Assembly: GCA_028278555.1 (NCBI GenBank)
Contig: JANQEA010000072.1
Span: forward strand, 39,195 to 103,194
DNA: 64,000 nt
Direction of reading: 5' to 3'
Source: Candidatus Bipolaricaulota bacterium
GTDB lineage: Bacteria; Bipolaricaulota; Bipolaricaulia; UBA7950; UBA9294
Shown here: positions 29,831 through 38,967 of the stretch, piece after piece
How the letters are laid out: each line of letters begins with the position of its first letter
Numbering within the stretch: the first letter of the stretch is position 1
Program-made: the position numbers and the translations under genes
Notes under the pieces: model-generated
Seen by the model: only the letters and a program-made list of their open reading frames with translations
What the model was told of the DNA's origin: nothing
Database searches by the model: none

Positions 29831-30727
29831 ATGAGAATGCGAAGCGGGAGAGTCGTATGGATGGCGCTTGGACTGGTCGTGGCGATCTCCGTTGCGAGCT
29901 TGGCGACGGAGGTCGTCATCAGCGAGATCGCGTGGAGCGGAACGGCGGCCAGCCCAAGTGACGAATGGATCGAACTGTACAACACCACGGCGACGCCGGT
30001 CGACTTGGTGGGATGGAGACTCGTCTTCGGAGAGATAACCGTCCAATTGAGCGGAATCGTCGGACCGGAGGATTACTACCTGCTCGAGCGAACCGATGAC
30101 GAGTCGATCTCCGACATCGAAGCGGATCTGTTCTACACCGGCGCGCTGGCTAATAGCGGAGTGGCGGTTGAACTCCTCGATGCCGAAGGAAACGTCGTCG
30201 ATCGGATCGATGTATCCGAGGCGGGTTGGCCGGCGGGGACTGACGGCGGCGGGGAACCTCGCTACGCATCGATGGAGCGGGTCGATCCGTTCGCCGAGAC
30301 GGCCGCCTGGGCGAGCAACGACGGGACGATCCGAAACGGATCGGATATCGGCGGCAATCCGATCAACGGAACACCCGGCGCGGAGAACAGCGCCACGATC
30401 CTCGCCCGGGTCGCCCCGAAAGTCGAGCTAATCGTCCCTGGCGAGGAAGGCGCTATCCTCGCCGGTGTCATCGTGATCGAGTGGTCGGCGGTCGATCCCG
30501 ACGGGCCGGCCGAAGGGCTGGCGATCGCGATCGAGATTTCGTTGGATGGCGGCGAGACATGGCAGACTGTGGTGGGGAATCTCGCCAACGGCGGGAGCTA
30601 CGCGTGGGATACTGCACTTCATGCCGACAGCTCCGAGGTCAAACTGAGGATCCTCGCGGTGGACAGTGACGGGTACCGTGGCGTGGCTGAGAGCCCGGTC
30701 TTCACGATTCGGAACGAAACCGACTAG
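29831..30727 (+). CDS. Secreted lamin-tail-domain (LTD) protein
   Basis: ATG 29831 after GGAGG. Signal or anchor helix, then VVISEIAWSGTAASPSDEWIELYNTTATPVDLVGWRL, typical of an LTD. Confidence 0.6.
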   Translation: MRMRSGRVVWMALGLVVAISVASLATEVVISEIAWSGTAASPSDEWIELYNTTATPVDLVGWRLVFGEITVQLSGIVGPEDYYLLERTDDESISDIEADLFYTGALANSGVAVELLDAEGNVVDRIDVSEAGWPAGTDGGGEPRYASMERVDPFAETAAWASNDGTIRNGSDIGGNPINGTPGAENSATILARVAPKVELIVPGEEGAILAGVIVIEWSAVDPDGPAEGLAIAIEISLDGGETWQTVVGNLANGGSYAWDTALHADSSEVKLRILAVDSDGYRGVAESPVFTIRNETD

Positions 30728-31590
30728 CCCGGCTCGCTGAGTAGAGCCCGGATGTCTTCCAGGCGGGTGCGGACAACCTCCTCGCCCGCCTGGATCGCTT
30801 CTCGGGTGTGTTCAAAGCCGAACATCTTGATCCAGCCGACGTTTGGGCGGAGGTGGATCAGCCGTTCTTCAAGCGTCTCCCGAGCGCGCATCAGCTGGAG
30901 ATTCGTTAAGTACTGCGACGTCGCACGTTGCGACTGAAGGATCGCATCAAGGTAGGTTTCGACGGCCCGATCGAGCGGCGCGCCGGTATCGACGGCCAGA
31001 ACAGCGTCGCCCCCCATCTCGATCACGGTATCGACCGGGAGCTTCTCGAGGATCCCTCCGTCGATCAGGAAGCGACCGTCTCGGGCGACCGGCGAGAAGA
31101 CGCCAGGCACGGACGTGCTTGCCGTGATCGCGGTTGCCAGGCTCCCTTCTCGGAGGACGACCCGCTCGCCGGTCTCGAGATCGGCGGTGACGGCGGCAAA
31201 CGGGATCTCCGTCTCCTCGAAATCCTTCCCCGCCGTCAGCAGCGAGAAGAGCTCACAGAGGCGCGCCAGATCGTGCGGCGACGCCCCCTCTTCCCGCCAC
31301 GGCGAGCCACGGACGTACTCCATCAGGCTACGCCCGATGATCTTCTGGACCTCGCGAAGCGTGCTGTCGGTCACCTGAAGGAGGTCGTTCAGATCGATCG
31401 ACTCGAGGACGCCACGGACCATATGCAGATCGGCGCCGACCGCCTTGGTTGCGCCCATCGCCGCGCCCATGCTCGTTCCTGCGATCAGCGAGACGGGGAT
31501 CTCCGCTTCGTCGAGAGTGAGAAGGACGCCGAGGTGCGCGAGTCCGCGGGCGCCGCCGCCGCCGAGTGCCAGTCCGAGTTTGCGTGTCAT
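30724..31590 (-). CDS. Patatin-like phospholipase
   Basis: GGGGARG oxyanion box, GTSMG nucleophile elbow, and LIDGG (Asp of the dyad). Confidence 0.85.
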   Translation of the reverse strand: MTRKLGLALGGGGARGLAHLGVLLTLDEAEIPVSLIAGTSMGAAMGATKAVGADLHMVRGVLESIDLNDLLQVTDSTLREVQKIIGRSLMEYVRGSPWREEGASPHDLARLCELFSLLTAGKDFEETEIPFAAVTADLETGERVVLREGSLATAITASTSVPGVFSPVARDGRFLIDGGILEKLPVDTVIEMGGDAVLAVDTGAPLDRAVETYLDAILQSQRATSQYLTNLQLMRARETLEERLIHLRPNVGWIKMFGFEHTREAIQAGEEVVRTRLEDIRALLSEPG

Positions 31591-31666
31591 CGTGCCAAAG
31601 AAAACCCCTTCCGCCCGATCATAGTCGAGCGGAAGGGGGTGACCAAACGTTCGTTCTGTTCTCCGC

Positions 31667-33283
31667 CTAGTAGGGCATCCCGCCGGGCATCGGAGGCGGA
31701 GCCGCCGGCTCGTCTTCCTTGATCTCGCCGACGAGCGCGTCGGTCGTCAGGAGCATTCCGGCGATCGACACGGCGTTCTGCAGGGCAGATCGTGTCACCT
31801 TGGTCGGGTCGATGATCCCAGCGTCGAACATGTCGTGATACTTCTCGCTGACGACATCGAACCCGACTCCCGTTTCCTCTTCCTTGACCTTCTCGACGAC
31901 GATCGCGCCCTCGAACCCAGCGTTGAGCGCCAGCTGTCGGAGCGGCGCCTCGAGCGCCCGCTGCAGGATCGCAACACCGACGGCCTCATCGCCCTTGAAC
32001 TTCTTGCTGTCGAGCGCTTCCGAAGCGTTGATGATCGCGACACCGCCGCCGGGGAGGATTCCCTCGTCGACGGCGGCCTTCGTCGCCTCGACCGCGTCCT
32101 CCATCCGGTGCTTCTTCTCGGAGAGCTCGGTCTCGGTCGGCGCACCGACCTTGATGACAGCGACGCCACCGGCGAGCTTCGCCTTCCGCTCCTCGAGCTT
32201 CTCGCGGTCGTAGTCGGAGTCGGTCGTCTCGATCTGGGCCTCGATCTGCTCAACGCGGCCATGGATCGACTCGGCTTTGCCCTTCCCGCCGATGATCGTC
32301 GTGTTGTTGTTGTCGACCTTGACGTTCTCGGCGGTCCCGAGCATGTCGAGCGTCGTGTCCTTGATCTGCATCCCGGCGTCCTCGGCGACGACAGTTCCGC
32401 CGGTGAGGACGGCGATATCCTCGAGCATCGCCTTCCGACGATCACCGAAGCCCGGGGCCTTGACGGCGCAGCTGGAGAGGGTCCCCTTCAGCTTGTTCAG
32501 GACGAGCGTCGTCAGCGCCTCGCCGGTGACGTCCTTGGCGATCAGCAGGAGGGGCTTCCCGGTCTGGACGACCTTCTCGAGCAGCGGGACGAGGTCCTGC
32601 GCCGCCTTGACCTCCTGGTCGGTGACGAGGATGAGCGGCTTGTCGAGGAGGACCTCCATCTTCTTCGGGTCGGTGACGAAATAAGGCGAGATGTACTCGC
32701 GATCGAACTGCATTCCCTCGACGACCTCGAAGTAGGTCTCGATCGTGTCGGAGTCCTCGACGGTGATGACGCCATCCTCGCCGACCTTCTCCATCGCATC
32801 GGCGATGATCTTGCCGATCGATTCGTCGTTGGCGGAGTTGGCGCCGACTTGCGCCATCTCCGCTTTCGTCTTCAGCTCGCGGCTCATCTTCTTCAGCTCG
32901 TCGACGACGATCTGCGAACCCTTCTCGAGCCCGCGCTTCAGCTCCATCGGGTTCGCCCCGGCGGCGAGGTTCTTGAACCCCTCTTCGATCATTGAGTGGG
33001 CGAGGATCGTCGCTGTCGTCGTTCCGTCACCGGCGATGTCGTTCGTCTTGGAGGCGACCTCCTTGACGAGCTGCGCGCCCATGTTCTCGAATTCGTCCTT
33101 GTACTCCTGCTCCTGGGCGATCGTCACACCGTCGTTGGTGATGTCCGGGCTGCCGAACTTCTTGTCGATGATGACGTTCCGGCCCCGGGGGCCGAGGGTG
33201 ATCCTCACCGCGTCGGCCAGCTTGTCGATTCCATCCTTCATCCGGCGCCGTGCTTCTTCGCCGAAAATGACTTCCTTGGCCAT
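31667..33283 (-). CDS. groL: Chaperonin GroEL
   Basis: [15 protein letters not shown]...[12 protein letters not shown]...; C-terminal [10 protein letters not shown]. Confidence 0.97.
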   Translation of the reverse strand: MAKEVIFGEEARRRMKDGIDKLADAVRITLGPRGRNVIIDKKFGSPDITNDGVTIAQEQEYKDEFENMGAQLVKEVASKTNDIAGDGTTTATILAHSMIEEGFKNLAAGANPMELKRGLEKGSQIVVDELKKMSRELKTKAEMAQVGANSANDESIGKIIADAMEKVGEDGVITVEDSDTIETYFEVVEGMQFDREYISPYFVTDPKKMEVLLDKPLILVTDQEVKAAQDLVPLLEKVVQTGKPLLLIAKDVTGEALTTLVLNKLKGTLSSCAVKAPGFGDRRKAMLEDIAVLTGGTVVAEDAGMQIKDTTLDMLGTAENVKVDNNNTTIIGGKGKAESIHGRVEQIEAQIETTDSDYDREKLEERKAKLAGGVAVIKVGAPTETELSEKKHRMEDAVEATKAAVDEGILPGGGVAIINASEALDSKKFKGDEAVGVAILQRALEAPLRQLALNAGFEGAIVVEKVKEEETGVGFDVVSEKYHDMFDAGIIDPTKVTRSALQNAVSIAGMLLTTDALVGEIKEDEPAAPPPMPGGMPY

Positions 33284-33307
33284 TCTTCAGATTCCCCCTT
33301 TGACTGG

Positions 33308-33580
33308 CTACTCGACGATCGCGAGGATCTCGGATTCCTTGACGAGCAGGTACTTCTCCTCGCCCTCGATCACTTCGGTGTTGGAGAAGCTGTCCGAGAT
33401 GATGATCTGATCGCCGACTTTCACTTCGAGCTTCTCGTCCGTCCCGACGGCGACGACTTCTGCGCGGACAACCTTCTCGCTCTTGGCGCTATCCGGCAGC
33501 ACGATCCCCCCGGCCGACTTCTTCTCTTCCGGGTCGAGCTTCTTGACCAGAACACGCTTTCCCAACGGCTTGATTGCCAT
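33308..33580 (-). CDS. groS: Co-chaperonin GroES
   Basis: [35 protein letters not shown]...; 24 nt upstream of groL. Confidence 0.95.
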   Translation of the reverse strand: [90 protein letters not shown]

Positions 33581-33605
33581 GTTCTATCTCCTCCCGCGAT
33601 GTTGA

Positions 33606-33632
33606 TTAGCACTTGCAGTGCGAGCTTGCTAA
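33606..33632 (-). promoter_or_regulatory. CIRCE-like HrcA operator
   Basis: TTAGCACTT-N9-GCTTGCTAA against the consensus TTAGCACTC-N9-GAGTGCTAA. Lies 26-52 nt upstream of the groES ATG. Confidence 0.7.
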
Positions 33633-33635
33633 CGA

Positions 33636-33664
33636 ATTGTATCCCTCGGTTCCCAGGCCGTCAA
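33636..33664 (-). promoter_or_regulatory. Sigma-70/SigA-type groESL promoter
   Basis: Minus strand reads TTGACG-17 nt-TACAAT, immediately upstream of CIRCE. Confidence 0.65.
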
Positions 33665-33712
33665 GGCGGTTGCCCGGGGGATGATAACCGGCTATCGTGG
33701 CGCGGGGGAGCG

Positions 33713-34192
33713 ATGCCGTCCGGGAGAACCCATCTGCGTATCGAGATCGTGCTGCTTGGCCTCTGGATCGGGGTAGGCGTCCTGTGCGCATGGCAGGGGT
33801 GGGTCGGGACGGACGGGATCGCCGCGTTCGTCGCTGCGTACGCCTTCTCGATGCTCCTCCTCAGTCCGGATCTCGACTTGGCGATGAGCGACTCGTACCG
33901 CCGGTGGGGGCCGCTTCGATGGCTCTGGGTGCCGTACGCGGCGGCCTTCCGTCATCGACGGGTCTCCCACCACCCCCTGTTCGGCCCGATCACACGGATC
34001 GCCTACGTCGGACTCCTCGCGCTGGTCGGACTGCTCGTCTATCTCGGAGTCAGCCGGAGGGCCGCGCCGGAGCTGAGTCTGCGGCCCGACCTCGTGATCA
34101 CCACGCTGATCGGCCTCTACCTCCCGAACTTGTTGCACATCGCTGTCGACGGACTCCAATCGATCTGGGTCCGCTTCCGGTCCCGGTTGTAG
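33713..34192 (+). CDS. Integral membrane protein, DUF2227-like putative metal-binding protein
   Basis: ATG 33713 after GGGGGAG. 159 aa with 3-4 TM helices and FRHRRVSHHPLFGPITR. The family call is from memory only. Confidence 0.4.
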   Translation: MPSGRTHLRIEIVLLGLWIGVGVLCAWQGWVGTDGIAAFVAAYAFSMLLLSPDLDLAMSDSYRRWGPLRWLWVPYAAAFRHRRVSHHPLFGPITRIAYVGLLALVGLLVYLGVSRRAAPELSLRPDLVITTLIGLYLPNLLHIAVDGLQSIWVRFRSRL

Positions 34193-34222
34193 GCCCTTCG
34201 CGGCCTCCCTATACTCAGGCCG

Positions 34223-34597
34223 ATGAACGAAACGACGCTCTATGTCATCGGCACCGTTGTCCTCGTCGGCCTGGCGATCGTCTTCTCGATGTTCGGTCCG
34301 TACTACGAAACCGGGATTGCGTCCTGGTACGGCCCGGGCTTCGACGGAAACCTGACGGCGAACGGCGAGGTCTACGACATGAACGGGATCAGCGCCGCCC
34401 ACAAGACGCTCCCGTTCGGGACGGTCGTCCGCGTCATCGATCTGGAGACCGGACGGAGCATCGTCGTGCGGATCAACGATCGCGGGCCGTTTGTCGAAGG
34501 ACGGATCATCGACCTCTCCAAGGGGGCGGCGGAGAAACTCGGGATGGTCGAGCGCGGGATCATCCAGGTCGGGCTCCGGATCGTCCGCTGGCCATAG
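34223..34597 (+). CDS. RlpA-like double-psi beta-barrel (septal ring lytic transglycosylase family) protein
   Basis: TM anchor, then ASWYGPGFDGNLTANGEVYDMNGISAAHKTLPFGTVVRVIDLETGRSIVVRINDRGPF. Confidence 0.8.
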   Translation: MNETTLYVIGTVVLVGLAIVFSMFGPYYETGIASWYGPGFDGNLTANGEVYDMNGISAAHKTLPFGTVVRVIDLETGRSIVVRINDRGPFVEGRIIDLSKGAAEKLGMVERGIIQVGLRIVRWP

Positions 34598-34715
34598 CCG
34601 AGCCTGTGTGACGCCCCTTCACCCGCGTTTCACGATATCATATGCTACGCCGTCGTGCGGACCGTGCCTGAGAGTCCGCCGCGGCCTGAGTCGAATCACG
34701 AAGGGAGACTGGAAT

Positions 34716-35279
34716 ATGGGCCTTGCTGTCAGTGAGATGCGTCGGGGGATGGCGATTCTATACGACGGGGAGCTCTACGAGATCGTCGAGTACGAACACT
34801 CAAAGCGCGGCCGAGCCGGCGCCGTGGCGAAGACGAAGCTGAAGCACCTGAAGACGGGCAAGGTCCTCTCCGCCACGTTCAAGGGGTCGGAGAACACCGA
34901 ATCCGCATTCCTCGAGACACGGGAGCTGCAGTACCTCTACCACGACGGCTCCGACTACGTCTTCATGGACAACGAACGCTTCGATCAGTTCCCGATCGCC
35001 AAGGAGGTGCTCGGAGAACAGTCCGAGTTCCTCAACGAGGGGACGAACGTGCAGGGCCTCTACTACCAAGGGGCGTTGGTCAAGGTCGCCATCCCGACGT
35101 TCGTCGAACTGGTGGTCACAAGCACCGAGCCGGGTGTGAAGGGAGACACCGTCTCCAACGTCGAGAAGCCGGCGACGCTCGAGACCGGCGCGGTCGTGCA
35201 GGTCCCTCTGTTCGTGAAGGAGGGAGACCGATTGAAAGTCGATACCCGCACGGGTCGTTACGTGGAACGCCTACTGTAA
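34716..35279 (+). CDS. efp: Translation elongation factor P
   Basis: Aligns with E. coli EF-P along its length: ...TEPGVKGDT...KPATLETGAVVQVPLFVKEGDRLKVDTRTGRYVERL. ATG 34716 after AAGGGAG. Confidence 0.9.
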   Translation: MGLAVSEMRRGMAILYDGELYEIVEYEHSKRGRAGAVAKTKLKHLKTGKVLSATFKGSENTESAFLETRELQYLYHDGSDYVFMDNERFDQFPIAKEVLGEQSEFLNEGTNVQGLYYQGALVKVAIPTFVELVVTSTEPGVKGDTVSNVEKPATLETGAVVQVPLFVKEGDRLKVDTRTGRYVERLL

Positions 35280-35288
35280 GGAGGAAGC

Positions 35289-35672
35289 ATGGCCGACAAG
35301 AGAGTGGAGATCGTCGACGAAGACGGCCAGATCTCCATCGCTGAAGACGTCATCGCGTCGATCGCGCGGATCGCTGCCGAGCGAGTCGACGGAATCGCAC
35401 ACTCCTCCGGGGGTTCATCGGGCGGTCTGAGGAGCATCTTCGGCGGTGAGGATCTGGCGCCGAACATCAAGACCGAGCTGACGGGCGAACAGGTGAGGGT
35501 GGAGCTGCGTATTGCCGTGGAATACGGCTATCCGGTTCACGAAGTGGCGCAGGGTGTGCAGACGAACGTGCAGCGTGACATCGAGAGCCTCGCGGGGATC
35601 CAGGTGTCCGGCATCGATGTCTACGTGAAGAAGGTCGCCGCGCCGCATACGCACGACACCGAGGAGGCTTGA
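35289..35672 (+). CDS. Asp23/Gls24-family envelope stress protein
   Basis: ISIAEDVIASIARIAAERVDGIA...VRVELRIAVEYGYPVHEVAQGVQTNVQRDIESLAG. Confidence 0.8.
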   Translation: MADKRVEIVDEDGQISIAEDVIASIARIAAERVDGIAHSSGGSSGGLRSIFGGEDLAPNIKTELTGEQVRVELRIAVEYGYPVHEVAQGVQTNVQRDIESLAGIQVSGIDVYVKKVAAPHTHDTEEA

Positions 35673-35673
35673 G

Positions 35674-36033
35674 ATGGCTGAGGCAGACAAGGGGAGTGTC
35701 GGGATCTCCAAGGACGTCGTGACTGCGATCGCGGGGATCGCCGCATCGGAGATCGAAGGGATCGCCAACCTGCAGGCCGGGGACAGCTCGTTCCGCCGAG
35801 GAGAGGGGATGAAGCGCTTCGTCGACACGACCGTCGACGGTGACGTCGTCACGGTGACCATCCGGATCACCGTCCTCTACGGGAATCCGATCCACAAGGT
35901 CGCTAAGCAGGTGCAGACCCGAATCAAGGCGGAGATCGAGCGGATGACCGGGCTGCGCGTCGGCTCGGTGAACGTCGACGTGCAGCGACTCGTCGAGTCC
36001 GATCAGGAGCCAGAGGAGGTCGAGGAAGAATGA
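35674..36033 (+). CDS. Asp23/Gls24-family protein (second copy)
   Basis: ISKDVVTAIAGIAASEIEGIA...VTVTIRITVLYGNPIHKVAKQVQTRIKAEIERMTG. Confidence 0.8.
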   Translation: MAEADKGSVGISKDVVTAIAGIAASEIEGIANLQAGDSSFRRGEGMKRFVDTTVDGDVVTVTIRITVLYGNPIHKVAKQVQTRIKAEIERMTGLRVGSVNVDVQRLVESDQEPEEVEEE

Positions 36034-36599
36034 GGCAGTTCAGGCCGCTGACGATTCTGCACTACCTCGCATTCCTCTTCTCCCTCGGGCTCGGGATCGT
36101 CGTGCTCCTGGCGGGAGCAGGTGTTCTGGCCGAGGAGAGCATCGCAGACGCGTTCGGCGAGACAGGCTGGACGATCTTCCTGGTTCTGCTCGGCGTCGGG
36201 CTCCTGTTGATCGCGCTCCACTTCCTCCTCGTCCTCGCCGAGGACCGGCTGAACGAGGTCCTCTACTCACGCTCCGGGGAATGGGGCCGCGTCGAGGTCT
36301 CGCCGACCGCCGTCCGCGAGTTCATCAGCGGGATCCTTCGTGAGGACATCGGGATCGATCGATTCCGCGTCTACCTGCGGCGTCGTGAGAACGGCGTTGC
36401 GATCCGCGTCCGGACTGCCCTCACCCCGGACCAGCGCGTCACCGACGTCGGCGAGCGGATCCAGCGCGAGCTGACCGAGCACGTCAGCGATCGAACCGGC
36501 GTCGAGGTTCGCGAGGTGACGGTCTTCGTGCGGAGCATCCGCGCTCGAGATGCAGAATCGACGATTCGGGAGGCATCCGACGATGAACTGGAAGCTTAA
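36030..36599 (+). CDS. AmaP-like alkaline-shock membrane anchor protein
   Basis: Overlaps the upstream stop. Two N-terminal TM helices, then an Asp23-like soluble part. Position after the asp23 genes is as in Firmicutes. Confidence 0.55.
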   Translation: MRQFRPLTILHYLAFLFSLGLGIVVLLAGAGVLAEESIADAFGETGWTIFLVLLGVGLLLIALHFLLVLAEDRLNEVLYSRSGEWGRVEVSPTAVREFISGILREDIGIDRFRVYLRRRENGVAIRVRTALTPDQRVTDVGERIQRELTEHVSDRTGVEVREVTVFVRSIRARDAESTIREASDDELEA

Positions 36600-36786
36600 C
36601 GGGAAGATCATCGGTGTCGCGGTCAGCCTGCTGGTCGGGCTTCTGTTCATCCTCGTCGGCTGGCGGATCGTCCTCATCCTCCTCGGGTTCGCCGTCGTCG
36701 GGTTCCTGATCGGCATGTGGCTCGACTCGCGCGAGGACATCAAGCGCAAACTGCGAAGGCTGATCGAACGGATCTTCGGCCCTTGA
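36583..36786 (+). CDS. Small integral membrane protein (DUF2273-like)
   Basis: MNWKLNGKIIGVAVSLLVGLLFILVGWRIVLILLGFAVVGFLIGMWLD: two TM helices, in the usual companion position of asp23/amaP. Confidence 0.5.
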   Translation: MNWKLNGKIIGVAVSLLVGLLFILVGWRIVLILLGFAVVGFLIGMWLDSREDIKRKLRRLIERIFGP

Positions 36787-37181
36787 TGCAGCGGCGCGAA
36801 GCACGGGAGTTCCTCCTCTCCGCGCTCTACCGGCGCGAGCATGTCGACACGTCGCTCGACGAGATGCTTGCCGACGTGACGCCTGGCGAGCAGCGCGACT
36901 ACATCGTCTCAGTCTTCGAGGGGATCCTCGCCCGACGCGACGAGATCGACCGGATGATCGGCGAGCGGACCGTCGGGTGGCGATTCGAGCGGCTCGCGTT
37001 GATCGATCGAAACATCCTCCGGCTCGGCGTCTACGAACTCCTCTTCCTCGACGAGGTTCCGGCCGAGGTCGCAATGGACGAAGCTGTCGAGCTGGCGAAG
37101 AAGTTCGGCACCGAGCAGGCACGATCGTTCGTCAACGGGATTCTCGATCGAATCTGGAAGGAGCACGAGAAGCCGGAATGA
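36786..37181 (+). CDS. nusB: Transcription antitermination factor NusB
   Basis: REFLLSALY...RLALIDRNILRLGVYELLFLDEVPAEVAMDEAVELAKKFG...SFVNGILDRI. The ATG overlaps the upstream TGA by 1 nt. Confidence 0.85.
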   Translation: MQRREAREFLLSALYRREHVDTSLDEMLADVTPGEQRDYIVSVFEGILARRDEIDRMIGERTVGWRFERLALIDRNILRLGVYELLFLDEVPAEVAMDEAVELAKKFGTEQARSFVNGILDRIWKEHEKPE

Positions 37182-38029
37182 GCCGGGGTTACGCAGATCT
37201 CCACCTCCACACCGTCGCCTCGGACGGGACCGTCACCGTCGCCGAGCAGATCCGAAGGGCGAAGACAGTCGCGCTCTCGTGTATCTCGATCACCGATCAC
37301 GACGTCATCTCCGACGACATCATGGCCCGGGTCGAGACGATCGATGGGATCGAGGTGATCGCCGGCGTCGAGATCAAGGCCGATTTCGACGGGATCACCG
37401 GCGAGATTCTCGGCTACTTCGTCGATCCGAAGGATGGCGAGCTGCGGCGATTCCTTTCAGGCATGGAGGCGGCTCGGATCGAACGGATGGAGATCATGAT
37501 CGATCGGTGCCGGCAGGAGCTGGACATCGAGATCGGCCTCGACGACGTACGAGCGGTCGCGGGCGGCAACCTCGGGCGGCCGCACCTCGCCCGCGTCCTG
37601 GTCGCTAAGGGAGTCGTCGCCGACTTCTCCGAGGCGTTCAGCCGGCTCCTCAGACGCGGTGCTCCGTGCTATGCGCCGATCGAGAAAGACGACTTCCGCT
37701 CCGTTGTCAACGTCGTCCACCGGGCGGGCGGGGTGGCCTGTCTGGCACATCCGTGCTTGATGCGGGTCGAGTCGTGGGACGGGTTCCTCGACGAACTCCT
37801 CGCCGGCGGCGTCGACGGGCTCGAGACGATCTATCCATACGATCCGTCCGGCCGGAGTCTAACGATCGATCCTCGGATTCTCCGGACTCTGGCCGAGAAG
37901 CGCGGCTTCCTCGAGTCCGGAGGCTCGGACGATCACGGCCCGGACTCGACGAAGGAGAGCATCGGCGTGGTCCGGCTCGCCTACGAGCACGTGGAGGCCC
38001 TGCGCAACGCCCTTCCTGTTCCGATCTAG
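37178..38029 (+). CDS. PHP-domain metal-dependent phosphoesterase
   Basis: ADLHLHTVASDGT...ISITDHD...HP...GGSDDHG. ATGA overlap with the nusB stop. Confidence 0.8.
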   Translation: MSRGYADLHLHTVASDGTVTVAEQIRRAKTVALSCISITDHDVISDDIMARVETIDGIEVIAGVEIKADFDGITGEILGYFVDPKDGELRRFLSGMEAARIERMEIMIDRCRQELDIEIGLDDVRAVAGGNLGRPHLARVLVAKGVVADFSEAFSRLLRRGAPCYAPIEKDDFRSVVNVVHRAGGVACLAHPCLMRVESWDGFLDELLAGGVDGLETIYPYDPSGRSLTIDPRILRTLAEKRGFLESGGSDDHGPDSTKESIGVVRLAYEHVEALRNALPVPI

Positions 38030-38102
38030 CCCGCGTCGTTCCAGACGGAGTCCTCGGTGACCTTCCGACGCAAAGCCATCGTGGACGTCGATTTGATCGC
38101 TA

Positions 38103-38340
38103 CCTAGCCATCCGAAAAGGCAAGTTCACTCCGAAGTGCGAGACGAAGTGGCAGGCTACCGTACCTCGTCGTTGGCCACTGAACAGTACCAGCCATCCGA
38201 TCTCGTCGCAGAAGGTCGATGCCTAGCCATCCAAGTCGGCAATCGTGGCCTGAACTGCGAGTGGAAGTTGCGAACTACCGCAATTCGTCGTTCGCAACTT
38301 CCCCATCTACCAGGGTGATCAATCGATTCACCCGATCGAG
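38103..38340. repeat. Two-copy degenerate tandem duplication (about 119-bp unit) of the ABC-ATPase 3' end plus its terminator hairpin
   Basis: CCTAGCCATCC starts at 38103 and at 38222. On the minus sense, copy 1 reads ...VANDEVR-stop and the real gene end reads EVANDELR-stop. The downstream 60 nt also align. Confidence 0.6.
38263..38302 (-). terminator. Perfect 13-bp hairpin spanning the stop codon of the ABC ATPase gene
   Basis: GGAAGTTGCGAAC-14 nt-GTTCGCAACTTCC. No U-tract, so the terminator function is inferred. Confidence 0.4.
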
Positions 38341-38967
38341 GAGTCGGTTGTCGTGGGTGGCGAAGAAGAACGTCGCCCCCTTCTCCGAGTTGAGGCGGCG
38401 CATCAGATCGATCAGGTCGAGGCTCGTCGTGGTGTCGAGGTTGGCGGTCGGCTCGTCGGCGAGGACGATCGACGGATCGCTGACGACCGCACGGGCGACG
38501 GCGACGCGCTGCTGCTCTCCACCGGAGATCCGGTTCGGGTACTGGTCGGCGTACTCCTCGATCCCGAGCTCGCCGAGGATCTTCCTCGCCCGCTCGATCC
38601 GTTCGCTCCGGACGATCCCCTGAAGTTCGAGGACGAACGCCGTGTTCTCGAGAACGGTCAGCACCGGGATCAGGTTGTACGCTTGGAAGACGAAGCCGAT
38701 GTTCGTCAGGCGGAGGCGAGAGAGCTGATCCTTGGAAAGGCCCGACATCGCGGTCCCCTCGAGGAAGATCTCGCCCGATGACGGCCGGTCGAGTCCTCCA
38801 AGCAGATGGAGAAGCGTCGACTTCCCCGAGCCGGACGGTCCGGCGACGGCGGTGAACTCCCTCGCGTGCAGCTCGAGGTCGACCCCGTTGAGGGCCGGCG
38901 TCTCGACCGATCCGGTCCGGTACGTCTTCTCCAAGGCCACCGTCTGAATCAGAGCGTCATTCGACAT
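38275..38967 (-). CDS. ABC transporter ATP-binding protein (MacB/LolD-type)
   Basis: Walker A GPSGSGKST, signature ISGGEQQRVAVARA, Walker B IVLADEPT. Confidence 0.9.
   Translation of the reverse strand: MSNDALIQTVALEKTYRTGSVETPALNGVDLELHAREFTAVAGPSGSGKSTLLHLLGGLDRPSSGEIFLEGTAMSGLSKDQLSRLRLTNIGFVFQAYNLIPVLTVLENTAFVLELQGIVRSERIERARKILGELGIEEYADQYPNRISGGEQQRVAVARAVVSDPSIVLADEPTANLDTTTSLDLIDLMRRLNSEKGATFFFATHDNRLLDRVNRLITLVDGEVANDELR

Noticed and set aside
31835-32995. 386-aa plus-strand ORF
   Set aside because: It is antisense to groEL, whose identity is beyond doubt.
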